A DNA stretch of 64,000 bases from the human T2T-CHM13v2.0 reference genome, Homo sapiens. The notes beneath the pieces were generated by a model that ran no database searches, was not told where the DNA came from, and saw nothing but the letters and a program-made list of their open reading frames with translations. The translations under genes were made by a program, and so were the position numbers. The DNA is taken from NCBI RefSeq assembly GCF_009914755.1, contig NC_060941.1. One strand, 5' to 3'. Of this stretch, positions 47,518 through 61,219 are shown one piece after another. Numbering within the stretch: the first letter of the stretch is position 1; every line of letters begins with the position of its first letter.

Positions 47518-47526
47518 CGGGTAAGC
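47518..47526 (+). promoter_or_regulatory. HERV-H major splice donor
   Basis: CGG|GTAAGC at 47520/47521, about 140 nt after the LTR, the usual HERV-H leader position. Confidence 0.75.
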
Positions 47527-47923
47527 AGTCTCTTCATTCTCTTCTCCAGCCTCTCTTGCTACCCTTCAATCTCACTGTCCTTCCAATTCCAGTTCTTTTT
47601 TCCTCTCTAGTAGAGACAAAGGAGACACATTTTATCCGTCAACTTAAAAACTCCGACGTCGGTCACGGATTTGGGAAGACAGCCTTCCGTTGGTGTCTGA
47701 TTATAGCGGGGACGCCTGCCTTGATCATTCACCCACATTTCACTGGTGTCTGATCACCGTGGGGATGCCTGCCTTGGTCATTCACCCACTCACCACATTC
47801 CCTTGGTGGCAAGTCAATTGCTGGGATGCCTGCTTTGGATGCTCACCCACATTACAGCCTAGGGTGGCTCACCCGCCCCCTTCTCCGTGTCTCTACCTTT
47901 CTCTTTAAACTTACCTCCTTACT

Positions 47924-49520
47924 ATGGGCAAACTTCCGCCCTCCATTCCCCCTTCTTCTCCCTTAGCCTGTGTTCTTAAAAACCTAAAACCCCTTCGACT
48001 AACACCTGACCTAAAACCTAAATGTCTTCTTTTCTTCTGTAATACCGCTTGGCCCCAATACAAACTGGGCAATAGTTCCAAGTGGCCAGAGAATGGCACT
48101 TTTGATTTGTCCATCCTACAAGATCTAGATAATGTATGTCGTAAAATGGGCAAATGGTCTGAGGTGCCTGACGTCCAGGCATTCTTTACACGTCAGTCCC
48201 TCCCTAGTCTCTGCTCCCAATGAGACTCGTCCCAAATCTTTCTTCTTTCTCTCCTGTCTGTTCCTTCAGTCTCCACCCCAAGTTCTGAGTCCTTTGAATC
48301 CTCCTTTTCTACAGACAAATCTGACCTCTCCCCTCCTCCCCAGGCTGCTCCTCACCAGGCCCAATTCTTCCTCAGCCTCCACTCCCCCACCCTATAATCC
48401 TTCTATCACCTCCCCTCCTTACACCCAGTTTGGCTTACAGTTTCGTTCCGCGACTAGCTCTTCCCCACTTGCCCCAAAATTGCCTCTGACAGAGGTGGCT
48501 GGAGCTGAAGGCATAGTCAAGGTTAATGCTGCTTTTTCTTTATCCAACCTCTCCCAAATCAGCATTTAGGCTCTTTTTCATCAAATATAAAAAGCCAGCC
48601 CAGTTCATGACCCATTTGGCAACAACCCTTAGGTGCTTTACCACCCTAGACCCAGAGGGGCCAGAAGACCATCTTATTCTCAATATGAATTTTATCACCC
48701 AGTCCACTCCTGACATTAGAAAAAGCTCCAAAAATTAGATTCCAGCTTTCGAACCCCACAGCAGGACTTAATTAACCTTGCCTTTAAGGTGTACAATAAT
48801 AGAGAAGAGACAGCCAAGCAACAATGTATTTCTGAGTTGCAATTACTTGCCTCCACTGTGAGAAAAACCCCAGCCACATCTCCAGCACACAAGAACTTCA
48901 AAGGCCAAGTGCAGTGGCTCACGCCTGTAATCCCAGCACTTTGGGAGGCCGAGGTAGGCGGATCATGAGGTCAGGAGTTCGAGACAAGCCTGGCCAAGAT
49001 GGTGAAACCCCATCTCCACTAAAAATACAAAAATTAGCTGGGCATGGTGGCACATGCCTGTAGTCCCAAGTCCCAGTTTGGAAGGATGAGGCAGGAGAAT
49101 CACTTGAACCTGGGAGGCAGAGGTTGTGATGAACTGAGATTGTGCCATTGTACTCCAGCCTGGGCGACTGGAGTGAAACTCCATCTAAAAAAAAACAAAA
49201 AAAAACCACAACTTCAAAACACCTAAACTGCAGCGGCCAGGCGTTCCTCCAGGACCTCCTCCCCCAGGATCTTGCTTCAAGTGCCGGAAATCTGGCCACT
49301 GGACCAAGGAATGCCAGCAGCCCAGGATTCCTCCTAAGCCATGTCCCATCTGTGCAGGTCCCCACTGGAAATCGGACTGTCCATCTTGCCCAGCAGCCAC
49401 TCCCAGAGCCCCTGGAACTCTGGCCCAAGACTCTCTGACTGACTCCTTCCCCACCGATCCCAAAGGCTCTCTGATTGACTACTTCCCAGATCTTCTCTGC
49501 TTAGTGGCTGAAGACTGACA
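47924..49520 (+). pseudogene. gag: HERV-H gag remnant (stops, deletions, Alu insertion)
   Basis: MGKLPPSIPPSSPLACVLKNL...WPQY...WPENGTF matrix region; two zinc knuckles [14 protein letters not shown] (~49272) and [13 protein letters not shown] (~49342). Confidence 0.85.
48903..49205 (+). mobile_element. AluS inserted in HERV-H gag
   Basis: Dimeric Alu with A-tail; AACTTCAAA duplicated on both sides. Confidence 0.9.
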
Positions 49521-52500
49521 CTGCCTGATCGCCTTGGAAGCCCCCTGGACCATCATAGATGCCGAGCTTCGGGTAACTCTTACAGTGGGAGGGTAAGTCT
49601 GTCCCCTTCTTAATCGATACAGAGGCTGCCCACTCCACATTACCTTCTTTTCAAGGGCCTGTTTCCCTTGCCTCCACAACTATTGTGGATATTGATGGCC
49701 AGGCTTCTAAACCTCTTAAAACTCCCCAACTCTGGTGCCAACTTGAACAACATCTTTTATGTGCTCCTTTTTAATTATCCCCACTTGCCCAGCTCCCTTA
49801 TTAGGTTGAGACATTTTAACTAAATTATCTGCTTCCCTGACTACTCCTGGACTACAGCCACACCACATTGCTGCCCTTTTCCCCAGTTCAAAGCCTATTT
49901 TGCATCCTCCCCTTGTGTCTCCCTACCTTAATCCGCAAGTATGGGACACCTCTATTCCCTCCTTGGTGACCGATCATGCACCCCTTATCATCCCATTAAA
50001 ACCTAATCACTCTTAACCTGCTCAACACCAATATCCCATCCCACAGCAGGCTTTAAAAGGGTTAAAGCCTGTTACCACTGGCCTATTACAACATGGCCTC
50101 TTAAAGCCTACAAATTCTCCTTACAACTCCCCCATCCTACCCGTCCAGAAACTGGACAAGTCTTACAGGTTGGTTCAGGATCTTCACCTTATTAATCAAA
50201 TCGTCCTCCCCATCCATCCTATAGTGCCAAATCCGTACACCCTCCTATCTTCAATACCCCCTCCCACAACTCACTATTCTGTTATTGACCTCAAAGACGT
50301 CTTCTTTACTATCCCCTTGCATCTCTCCTCCCAGCCTCTTTTCGCCTTTACTTGGACTGACCCTGACACCCACCAATCCCAACAACTCACCTGGACTGTT
50401 CTGCCCCAAGGCTTCAGGGACAGGCCACACTACTTTGGCCAGGCCCTTTCTCATGATCTGCTTTCTTTTCGCCTGTCTGACTCCCATCTTATTCAATATT
50501 TTGATGATCTTCTTCTTTGCAGCCCCTCTTACCAATCTTCCCAGCAGGACACTGTCCTGCTTCTTCAACATCTCTACTCAAAGGGGTACTGAGTATCCCC
50601 CTCCAAGGCATAAATTTCTTCCCCTAGCGTTACCTATCTCAGTATAATCCTCCATCAACATACACATGCCCTTCCTGCAGACCATGTTCAGTTAATCTCC
50701 CAGACCCCAATCCCCACCACCAAACAGCAACTCCTTTCCTTCTTAGGCATTGTTGGATATTTCCTAGTCTAGATACCAGGCTTTTCTATCCTAACCAAAC
50801 CACTTTACAAGCTCACAAAGGGTAACTTAAATGATCCCATAGACCCTAAGTCTTTTCCCAATTCTTCCTTTCACTCTTTCGAAAAGGCCCTGGAGACAGT
50901 TCCTACACTAGGACTCCTTGACTCATCCCATCCTTTTTCCTTACCACAGCTGACATACAAGGCTGTGCTGCTGGAGTCCTCACACAGGAGCCAGGCCCAT
51001 GACCTGCTGCCTTTCTGTCAAAAGAACTTGACCTCACAGTTCTGGGCTGGCCTCTGTGTCTGCCTGAGGCAGCAGCCGCCTCTTTAATACTTCTAGAGGC
51101 CTTCAAAATCACAGGCTATGCTCCACTTACCCTCTATAGTTCTCACAACCTTCAAGCATTAATATCCTCATCGCACCTGTCATATTTATTGTCTGCCCCT
51201 CGACTCCTCCAGCTCTATTCACTTTTTGTTGAAACTCCAACAGTAACTATTACCCATGGGCCTGATTTCAACCCAGCTTCTCACTTAGCACCCAACGCAA
51301 CTGAACCACATGACTGTATTTCACTAATACACATAGCATCTTCCCCCTTTCCTCATATTTCTATTCTTCCAATTCCAAACCTAGACCACACTTGGTTTAT
51401 CGATGGCAGTTCTTCTAAACCCAATCAATTTTCACCAGCTAAAGCTGGATATGCTGTCATGTCCCACACCTCCATTATCGAAGCTGCTGCACTTCCTCCC
51501 TCCACTACTTCCCAACAAGCCAAACTGATTGCTTTAACTCGTGTGCTCTCTCTCGCTAAAGGAATGCATATTAACATTTATACTGACTTCAAATATGCTT
51601 TCCACATCCTCCATAACCATGCTGCCATCTGGGCTGAAAGAGGCTTCCTTATCACACAAGGCTCTTCCAGTATCAATGCCTTCCTAATAAGGGCCCTCCT
51701 TAAGGCTGCTCTGCTGCCGGCCAAGGCAGGAGTCATTCATTGTAAAGGACACCAGAAACCTACTGATCTTATTGCAAAAGAAAATGCCTATGCTGGCCGG
51801 GCTTGGTGGCTCACGCCTGTCATCCCAGCACTTTGGGAGGCTGAGGCGGGCGGATCACAAGCCCAGGAGTTCGAGACCAACCTGGCCAATATGGTGAAAC
51901 CCCGAATCTACTAAAAATACAAAAATTAGCCAGGTGTGGTGGCGGACAACTGTCCCAGCTACTCGGGAGGCTGAGGCAGGAGAATTGCTTGAAACCGGGA
52001 GGCGGAGGTTGCAGTGAGCCGAGATTGGCCACTGTACTCCAGCCTGGGAGACAGAGCGAGACTCTGTCTTAAAAAAAAAAAAAAAAAGAAAAGAAAAAAG
52101 AAAATGCCTCTGCCGACAGGATAGCAAAAGAAATAGCCAATGCCTCCACACCCGCTAATATTCCAGCCCCTACTCCAGAAGGCTAGTATTTTTCTTTCTC
52201 CTCTATCACTCTCACCTACTCTTCTTCTGAAAACCTGCTCTACCAGTCTTTTCCAACTCAGGGCAAGTGGTTCTTAGATCATGGAAAATTGACTCTTCCT
52301 GCCTCACAAGCTCAGTCCATTCTTTCTTCCCTTCATGACCACTTCCATGTGGGATACCAGCCTCTGGCTTGCCTCCTGCAGCCCCTCATCTCCTTCCCTT
52401 CATGGAAATTCATCCTTAAGACCATCACCTCTCAATGCTCTGTCTGCCATGCCACCAGCCCCCAAGGCTTTCTCAGGCCTTGTCCTTTTCCTATGCATCA

Positions 52501-52990
52501 GGCTTGTGGATTTACTCCAACACAAGGTTGGCAGATTGACTTTCCGTAAATTTAAATATCTGCTTGTTTGGATCGACACCTCCACCAGATGGGTCGACGC
52601 CTTTCCCACTAGCTCCGAAAAGGCTACTGCGGTCATTTCTTCCCTTCTAACAGATATAATTCCCTGATTTGGCCCCCCTACTTCTATTCAATCTGACAGT
52701 GGTCCGGCCTTTATTAGTCAAATCACCTAAGCAGTTTTTCAGGCTCTTGGTATTCAGTGGAACCTTCCTACTCCTTACCGTCCTCAATCCTCAGGAAAGG
52801 TAGAACAGACTAATGGTCTTTTAAAAACACGCCTCACCAAACTCAGCCTCCAACTTAAAAAGGATTGGACAGTACTTTTACCTCTTGCCTTTCTCAAAAT
52901 TAGAGCCTGTCCTCAAGGTGCTGCAGGGTACAGTCCATTTGAACTTTTATATGGATGCACTTTCTTGCTCGGCCCCAACCTTGTTCCAGA
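49521..52990 (+). pseudogene. pol: HERV-H pro-pol remnant (protease, RT, RNase H, integrase), interrupted
   Basis: LIDTEA protease site (~49610); RT LPQGFRD and YFDDLL in ORF 50170-50592; RNase H WFIDGSS/NIYTD/HCKGHQ in ORF 51189; integrase H-H-CxxC, WQIDF, IQSDSGPAF, PQSSGKVER. Many stops and frameshifts. Confidence 0.92.
51795..52095 (+). mobile_element. AluS inserted in HERV-H RNase H
   Basis: TSD AAAAGAAAATGCCT(A/C)TGC(T/C) at 51776-51794 and 52096-52114. Confidence 0.92.
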
Positions 52991-53434
52991 TAAGGCGGGA
53001 GACCACCCCTCATATTGTCTTATGCCCAATTTCTGCCTCCAAAGAAAGAAGAAGTAAAAACTAAAAGGCAGAAATGAAATCCACAAGCAGACAGCCCGGC
53101 GCGTCACCCTGGGCCTGGTAGTTTAAAGATCGGCCCCTGACCTAATCAGTTATTTGCATGAGAAGAGCACTGTGAAGATCCCTGTCCTGTTCTGTTCTGT
53201 TCTAATTACCGGTGCATGCAGCCCCCAGTCACGTATCCCCTGCTTGCTCAATCAATCACGACCCTCTCACGCGGACCCCCTTAGAGTTGTAAGCCCTTAA
53301 AAGGGATAGGAATTGCTCACTCAGGGAGCTTGGTTGTTGGAGACGTGAGTCTTGCCAAAGCTCCCGGCCGAATAAAGCCCTTCCTTCTTTAACTTGGTGT
53401 CTGAGGGGTTTTGTCTGCGGCTTGTCCTGCTACA
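52991..53434 (+). mobile_element. LTR2-family LTR (HERV-E/Harlequin) nested in HERV-H integrase
   Basis: Starts TAAGGCGGGAGACCACCCCTCATATTGTCTTATGCCC, AATAAA at 53371, ends CCTGCTACA; tRNA-Glu-type PBS TGGTTCCCTGATTGGGAA follows (53440-53457). Confidence 0.9.
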
Positions 53435-54292
53435 TTTCTTGGTTCCCTGATTGGGAAGCAAGGTGATTAACGGACTGTCGAGGCAGCCCTTTAGGTGGCT
53501 TAGGCCTGTCCTGTGGAGCATCCCTGCAGGGGACTACAGCCAGCTTGAGTGACGCGGATCCTGAGAGTGCTCCCAGGTAGGCAATTGCCCCAGTGGAATG
53601 CATCCTCAGAGCAGCACGTGGCAGGCCCCCGTGGAGGATCAATGCAGTGGCTGAACACCAGGAAGGAACTGGCACTTGGAGTCCGGACATCTGTAACTTG
53701 GTAAGTCTGGTCTTTGGAACTTGCCTACTCCATTTGAGTGGAGCGTGGCCTGATCACCCACGGCATGCCCGTATCAGCACTTTGGTTTTTGTTTTTGACT
53801 TGACTTGGATTGCTTGATACTTTGGTTTTGCTTTTGACCTGGCTTGGATTTCCTGATACTCTGATTTTGGTTCTGATTCTGGTTTGGTGTAAGCTGAAAC
53901 AGTGCGTGTGTGCCCTTTTTACCCATTCTTTGTTTTGTGGTGTGCGTGTGGTGTAAGCATGGTGTTTTGTCTCAAGGAAACATGGGTCAGGCACAAAGTA
54001 AGCCCACCCCACTAGGAACTATGTTGAAAAATTTCGAAAAGGGATTTAAGGGAGACTATGGAGTTACTATGACACCCGGAAAACTTAGAACTTTGTGTGA
54101 GATAGACTGGCCAGCATTAGAGATAGGTTGGCCATCAGAAGGAAGCCTGGACAGGTCCCTTGTTTCAAAGGTATGGCACAGGGTAAACTGTAAGCCAGGG
54201 CACCCAGATCAGTTCCGTATATAGATTCTTGGTTACAGCTAGTTTTGGACCCCCCACAGTGTTTAAGAGGACAGGCAGCAGCAGTACTAGTA
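53435..54292 (+). mobile_element. HERV-E internal fragment: leader, splice donor and gag matrix, truncated at the 3' end
   Basis: Glu PBS; TTG|GTAAGT at 53700/53701; ATG 53982 MGQAQSKPTPLGTMLKNF...CEIDWPALEIGWPSEGS...PGHPDQF; no second LTR2. Confidence 0.88.
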
Positions 54293-54508
54293 CTGCAGTC
54301 ACCCCCACTACTTGGACTGCACCCCAAAAACTTGTCATCCCTACTATCTTCTGTCTCGTCATACTCCTATTCACCATTCTCAACTACTCATAAATGCCCT
54401 GCCCCTGTTTACACTGCCGGTTTACACTTTTTCTCCAAACCATCGTAGCGGATATCTCCTGGTACTATCCCCAATCCACCACTCTTGACTCCCTCTTGGA
54501 GAGGATAG

Positions 54509-55100
54509 ATGATGTTTGCTGACAGGGCACCCTCCAATGCTTTCACCCTGATGAAGTCATATTATTTACTTTTATACTCACTCTTATTCTCATTCCCGTT
54601 CTTATGCCACCCTCTAACTCTCCCCATCTATCTTCACCACACTGTCAATCTCACTCACTCTCTCCTAGCCATTTCTAATCCTTCTTTAACAAACAATTGC
54701 TGGCTTTGCATTTCTCTTTCCTCCAAAATCTCCAAGGCCTTGACTTACTCACTGCTGAAGAAAGAGGACTGTGTATATTTTTAAATGTAGAGTGTTGTTT
54801 TTACCTAAATCAGTCTGGCTTGGTATATGACAACATAAAAAACTCAAGGATAGAGCTCAAAAACTCGCCAACCAAGCAAATAATTACACTGAACCCCCTT
54901 GGGCACTCTCTAATTGGATGTCCTGGGTCCTCCCAATTCTTAGTCCTTTAATAACTGTTTTCCTCCCTCTCTTATTTGGACCTTGTGTCTTCTGTTTAGT
55001 TTCTCAATTCATACAAAACCGCATCCAGACCATCACTAATCATTCTATATGACAAATGCTCCTTCTCTAACAACCCCACAATATCACCCCTTACCCCAAA
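54509..55100 (+). pseudogene. env: HERV-H env remnant with large internal deletion
   Basis: Signal-peptide region and CWLC motif (ORF 54509-54784) joined directly, in another frame, to an ISD-like LQNLQGLDLLTAEERGLCIFLNVECCFY (CX6CC) and a TM-like segment. Confidence 0.88.
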
Positions 55101-55278
55101 ATCTTTCTTCAGCTTAATCTCTCCCACTGTAGGTTCCCATGCTGCCCCTAATCCCGCTCGAAGCAGCCCTGAGAAACATCACCCATTATCTCTCCATACC
55201 ACCCTCAAAAATTTTCGCCACCCCAACATTTCACCACTATTTTGTTTTGTTTTTCTTATTAATATAAGAAGACAGGAA

Positions 55279-55712
55279 TGTCAGGCCTCTGAGCCCAAGC
55301 TAAGCCATCATATCCCCTGTGACCTGCATGTATACATCCAGATGGCCTGAAGCAAGTGAAGAATCACAAAAGAAGTGAAAATGGCCAGTTCCTGCCTTAA
55401 CTGATGAAATTCCACCATTGTGATTTGTTCCCGCTTCACCCTAACTGATCAACTGACTTTGTGACATTCCTTCTCCTGGACAGTGAGTCTCAGGAGCTCC
55501 CCACCGAGCGCCTTGTGACCCCTACCCCTGCCCACAAGAGGAAAAACCCCCTTTAACTGTAATTTTCCACTACCTACCCAAATCCTATAAAACTGCCCCA
55601 CCCCATCTCCCTTTGCTGACTCCTTTTTTGGACTCAGCACCCAGGTGATTAAAAAGCTTTATTGCTCACATAAAGCCTGTTTGGTGGTCTCTTTACACGG
55701 ACACGCATAATA
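55279..55712 (+). mobile_element. HERV-H 3' LTR (LTR7 family, LTR7C-like)
   Basis: Homologous to the 5' LTR, preceded by PPT AAGAAGACAGGAA; TATAAAA at 55586; terminal CA reads TA. Confidence 0.93.
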
Positions 55713-55767
55713 GGCCAATACAGATTTGCCTGGCTCTGCCTTTGTGCCTTCATGAAGATGGTCACTA

Positions 55768-56069
<302 letters not shown>

Positions 56070-56189
56070 TGATCACTATTTTTTAGGATTGTCTCTGCTA
56101 CTGCAGTGCCATTCCCAGGCAAACATATCTAAATTTGCACATTTTCAGGGAGGCATTCTAATAATAATCTCTTTAACAGTTTGGGAGTT

Positions 56190-56835
<646 letters not shown>

Positions 56836-57194
56836 GGAGTCACACAGATCTGGGTTCAAATCTTGGCCCTACCATTTATTAGATATGATCTTGGTCAAGT
56901 TATTCACCTTTCTGAGCCTCAGTTTCTCCACTTTTAAACTTGGCATGATATTATTAATTACCTCATAGGGTTGCTATGAGGATAAAAAGGGATAATGTTT
57001 TCCAAGGGCCTGGCAAGTGAAGAAGAGGGGCATTTTCACGAACCTATTACTTTTTTTTTTTTTTAAGAGAGAGAAAAGCTCTTCCCAGAAGACTTTTGGA
57101 GAAATGGGACATATTCCCATGTCCTAGTTACCAAGGAAGCTGGGAAAGTGAATATTTGACATTTCCAGCCTAAACAAAGGGAGATAAGGCTCTG

Positions 57195-57727
<533 letters not shown>

Positions 57728-57959
57728 TATTCCTTAGATTTTATTTAGTCTTAGATCTCCAACCATCTGGTAGGATTTAGGAATAATAGTAGTCAAACTC
57801 AAGAGGATAGAAACTGTCATTTACAAACATGGTTCTTGACATGGAATCCTTCCTTCAAACAGAAGCTTACAAGGAAGCCTAACATATAAAACACATTTCA
57901 GCAGCCCTGTTCTGGTTGAAATGGGGTTGGTTGGGAAAACTCAGGCATATTGCACTTAC

Positions 57960-58011
57960 CTTGTTTCTTTGCAGTGTCTCTTAAGACACCTTTGTGGAGC
58001 TCCTCAGACAC
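57960..58011 (-). other. SMIM36: Putative SMIM36 non-coding 3'UTR exon (52 nt)
   Basis: Acceptor tttttttttaactctcaAG| (AG 58013-58012) and consensus donor AAG|GTAAGT at 57959. Gene assignment from recall. Confidence 0.62.
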
Positions 58012-58500
58012 CTTGAGAGTTAAAAAAAAACACTGGGTTAAATGTTCATTGGTGAAGATGCTATTTATACCTAGATCTGTCATATTGGTGTTTAATTTTG
58101 AATCTGGGAAAGGAGAATGCAACCCCTTTGCAGCAGCAGGGATCCCAAAGTCCTGTAGACCCATGGGAAGGCTGTTTTCCTGTGGTTTCTTGTGAGCTCC
58201 ATAGTGCTCTATCTTTCTGATGGAGAGGGCTGTCTGCATTCTCAATAGGATAGCGTCACCCACAAGTTTCTCCCAGGCATTGAGTCAGCTGCAGATCCTG
58301 ACAATGACTTCCAAGGACAGAGGATTTCTCAGCCTTTTGGTGTATGCAAAGTGTCTAGCTCTTACTCCCATAGGATTCAGTATTGCTACAATGACCTCAA
58401 AGTATAGGAATGGAATGTATCCTCCATAGCATTGCTTAGGACCACAGGCAGGTGTCAGGATTCTTGTAACATCTGAATATGTATTTAAATCTGGTTGTGC

Positions 58501-58812
58501 AGCCCCGTGTGGTGGCTCACGCCTATCATCCTAGCACTTTGGGAGGCTGAGGCAGGCAGATTACCTGAGGTCAGGATTTTGAGACCAGCCTGGCCAATAT
58601 GGAGAAACCCTGTCTCTACTAAAAATACAAAAAGTAGGTGGGTGTGGTGGTACATGCCTGTAATCCCAGCTACTCGGGAGGCTGAGGCAGGAGAATTGCT
58701 TGAACCAGTAGGCAGAGGTTGCAGTGAGCTGAGATTGCACCATTGCGCTCCAGCCTGGGCAACAGAGTGAGACTCCATCTCAAAAAATAAAAAAATAAAA
58801 AATAAACAAATA
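58501..58812 (+). mobile_element. AluSx-like (hosts the putative minus-strand exon)
   Basis: TSD TAAATCTGGTTGTG. Confidence 0.92.
58658..58778 (-). other. SMIM36: Putative SMIM36 non-coding 3'UTR exon (121 nt), exonised antisense Alu arm with GC donor
   Basis: Acceptor ttttttgAG|ATGGAG and donor CAG|GCATGT within a plus-strand Alu. Gene assignment and exon size come from my recollection of the locus and are unverified. Confidence 0.55.
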
Positions 58813-60228
58813 AATCTGGTTGTGTGCTAATACAGCCCAGTGGCTGAGACTCAGGTTTTGCATCTGTTGTGATGATTTTGAACCCAGCTTTGCCTCTTTC
58901 TTATTGTACAAGCTTGACCAAATTACTTCTCAACCTTAGTTTTATTATATATAAAGTAAGGACAACAATATTTTCATCTTAGAGCCGTTGTGAGTATTGA
59001 GGTGATATGAGCAAAAACACTTTTCCTTGTGTATATTCTCAGTAAGAACCCCTGTCGCTGCTGTTGCAGAAGACAGATGTGCCTTCAACACTGGAGAACA
59101 CTTTTACTTCCTAGCTGGGACACTGTCACAATTTTTGCTGTGAACATTACTTTTGACCACTTGACCTTTTCTTCAGAAACATCATCTTTGCTGCAAAAAG
59201 CCTCCCCCTACTCCCCCACTCCCTCTGTGTAGCAGGGAAAGGCTCTTAGGATGTCCTATAGTAACCTTGCCGCCACTTCCAGTTCAGCACCAGGAGCAGA
59301 GGTAGAACAGAAAGAAGTTGGTTGGGATGTCAAGCATACCTAGATAGCCTGTTATTTTGGCACAGGCATGGGTGAAAGGGCTGAGAAGTACATAGTGAGC
59401 TGGACAGGAAAGGCAGAGGCAGAAAAAATGGAGCGTTCTAAAAAAAAAAAAAAAAGCAATGACCTTTTGATTACCTAAAGCCCCAGGCCTGAATATTAAA
59501 TGCTAAATGTTTGGAAGCACAAAGACAATTTGAGTTTCTCTAAAATCAAACCTGGGTGTGATCATTGTACTACAGTTATGATGGAGTTGAATGCTTAAGT
59601 GTCTAAGGATGAAAACCTCTCTCAAACTTCTGGTTTCAATCTCCAGGCTGCTAAAGAGACTCTAGATAATGAGATCCAAGCATCCATATTCTAAACAAGC
59701 TCTCCAGGTGATTCTGTTCAGCCACTCACTGGTTGATTTTTTGGGGGGATGCATTGACTTACTCCAAACCCACATCCCTGGGATACATGCTCTTTCAATG
59801 TAGTGCGGAAGTGCAGGATTTCTTTTGATGTCTAATAATAATGATCATATGGGCAGAATTTCATAGAAGTTGAAGGAAGTCTGGTTTGGGATCAGGAAAC
59901 CTCAAGTTTAATAATAATTTTCTTTCAGTTTCCCCATAGGAGCTTGGCCTAATCCTGTAGCTGCTGTCTCTCAGAGACAATGGTTGCTCTTTGCATTGCC
60001 TCATGATCATCACAGGGTCTGTACAACAGCAGGGGCAACCATGATTATCTCTTCTATGCAGTGTGACAAAATTTCTTGTTATCTTAGATTTTTCTATGTT
60101 TCTCAATTTTTCTAGGCATATTATAAACTGTCATACTTTACTTATCTTGAATTTAGCTGTCTTACAGTCATAGTAAAAAACTAGAAGGGAAAAATACATT
60201 TATGTGCACACACACATACATATATACA

Positions 60229-60336
60229 TTCTCTTTATTCTCTCTCTCTGTCTCTTTCTGTCTCTGTCTCCCTGTCTCTGTCTCTCTCTCTCTCTCCCTC
60301 TCTCTCTCTTTATCTCTCTCTCTCACACACACACAC
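60229..60336. repeat. Imperfect (TC)n then (CA)n microsatellite
   Basis: Directly visible dinucleotide tract. Confidence 0.9.
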
Positions 60337-60832
60337 CCTTTTAATTAAACAGCCAGACCAGATGGCACTAAGACTTAAGATACTTTACATGTAGGCAATC
60401 CTCTTAGACTCATACTCAGAGCTTATTTACTCTTATTTTATGCCTAATTCTAACAGAACTTCTTATGTAACTTCCAAGCTTCAAGTAGAATAGGTTCAGC
60501 AAACAGACAGAACAAAAGTGGGCAAAATAGGTAGATATACTGAAAGCACCAAAATCTGAGAGCTAAATGCCCAATAACCAGGCAGAAGAAAAATAAAAAA
60601 TTATATATACCAAGTAGAGAGAATTTTGGAGTCACTAAATTTAAGAGTAAATAATCCTCTGTGCCTCCATGGATCCTGGCAATGCTGTGATATTGCACGG
60701 TACAATCCCTCCTGTTTTCGATCATGACAAATCTGAATCATCAAGAAGGCTAGATTAAGTTCTGTATTTTATGTTTAGGAAGCACGGGTATAAGTGTTCT
60801 AGCTAAGAAAAATTTATATCTAAAATGTTTAA

Positions 60833-61219
<387 letters not shown>

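Larger units (their letters stand above)
46978..55712 (+). mobile_element. HERV-H provirus, defective, with nested Alus and a HERV-E fragment
   Basis: Two homologous LTRs, 5-bp TSD GGCCA (46973-46977 and 55713-55717), PBS, polypurine tract (55266-55278), and gag/pro/pol/env remnants in order. Confidence 0.95.

Noticed and set aside
50170-52667. RT, RNase H and integrase ORFs as a functional polymerase
   Set aside because: Fragmented by stops, frameshifts and an Alu; protease motif reads DTE instead of DTG.
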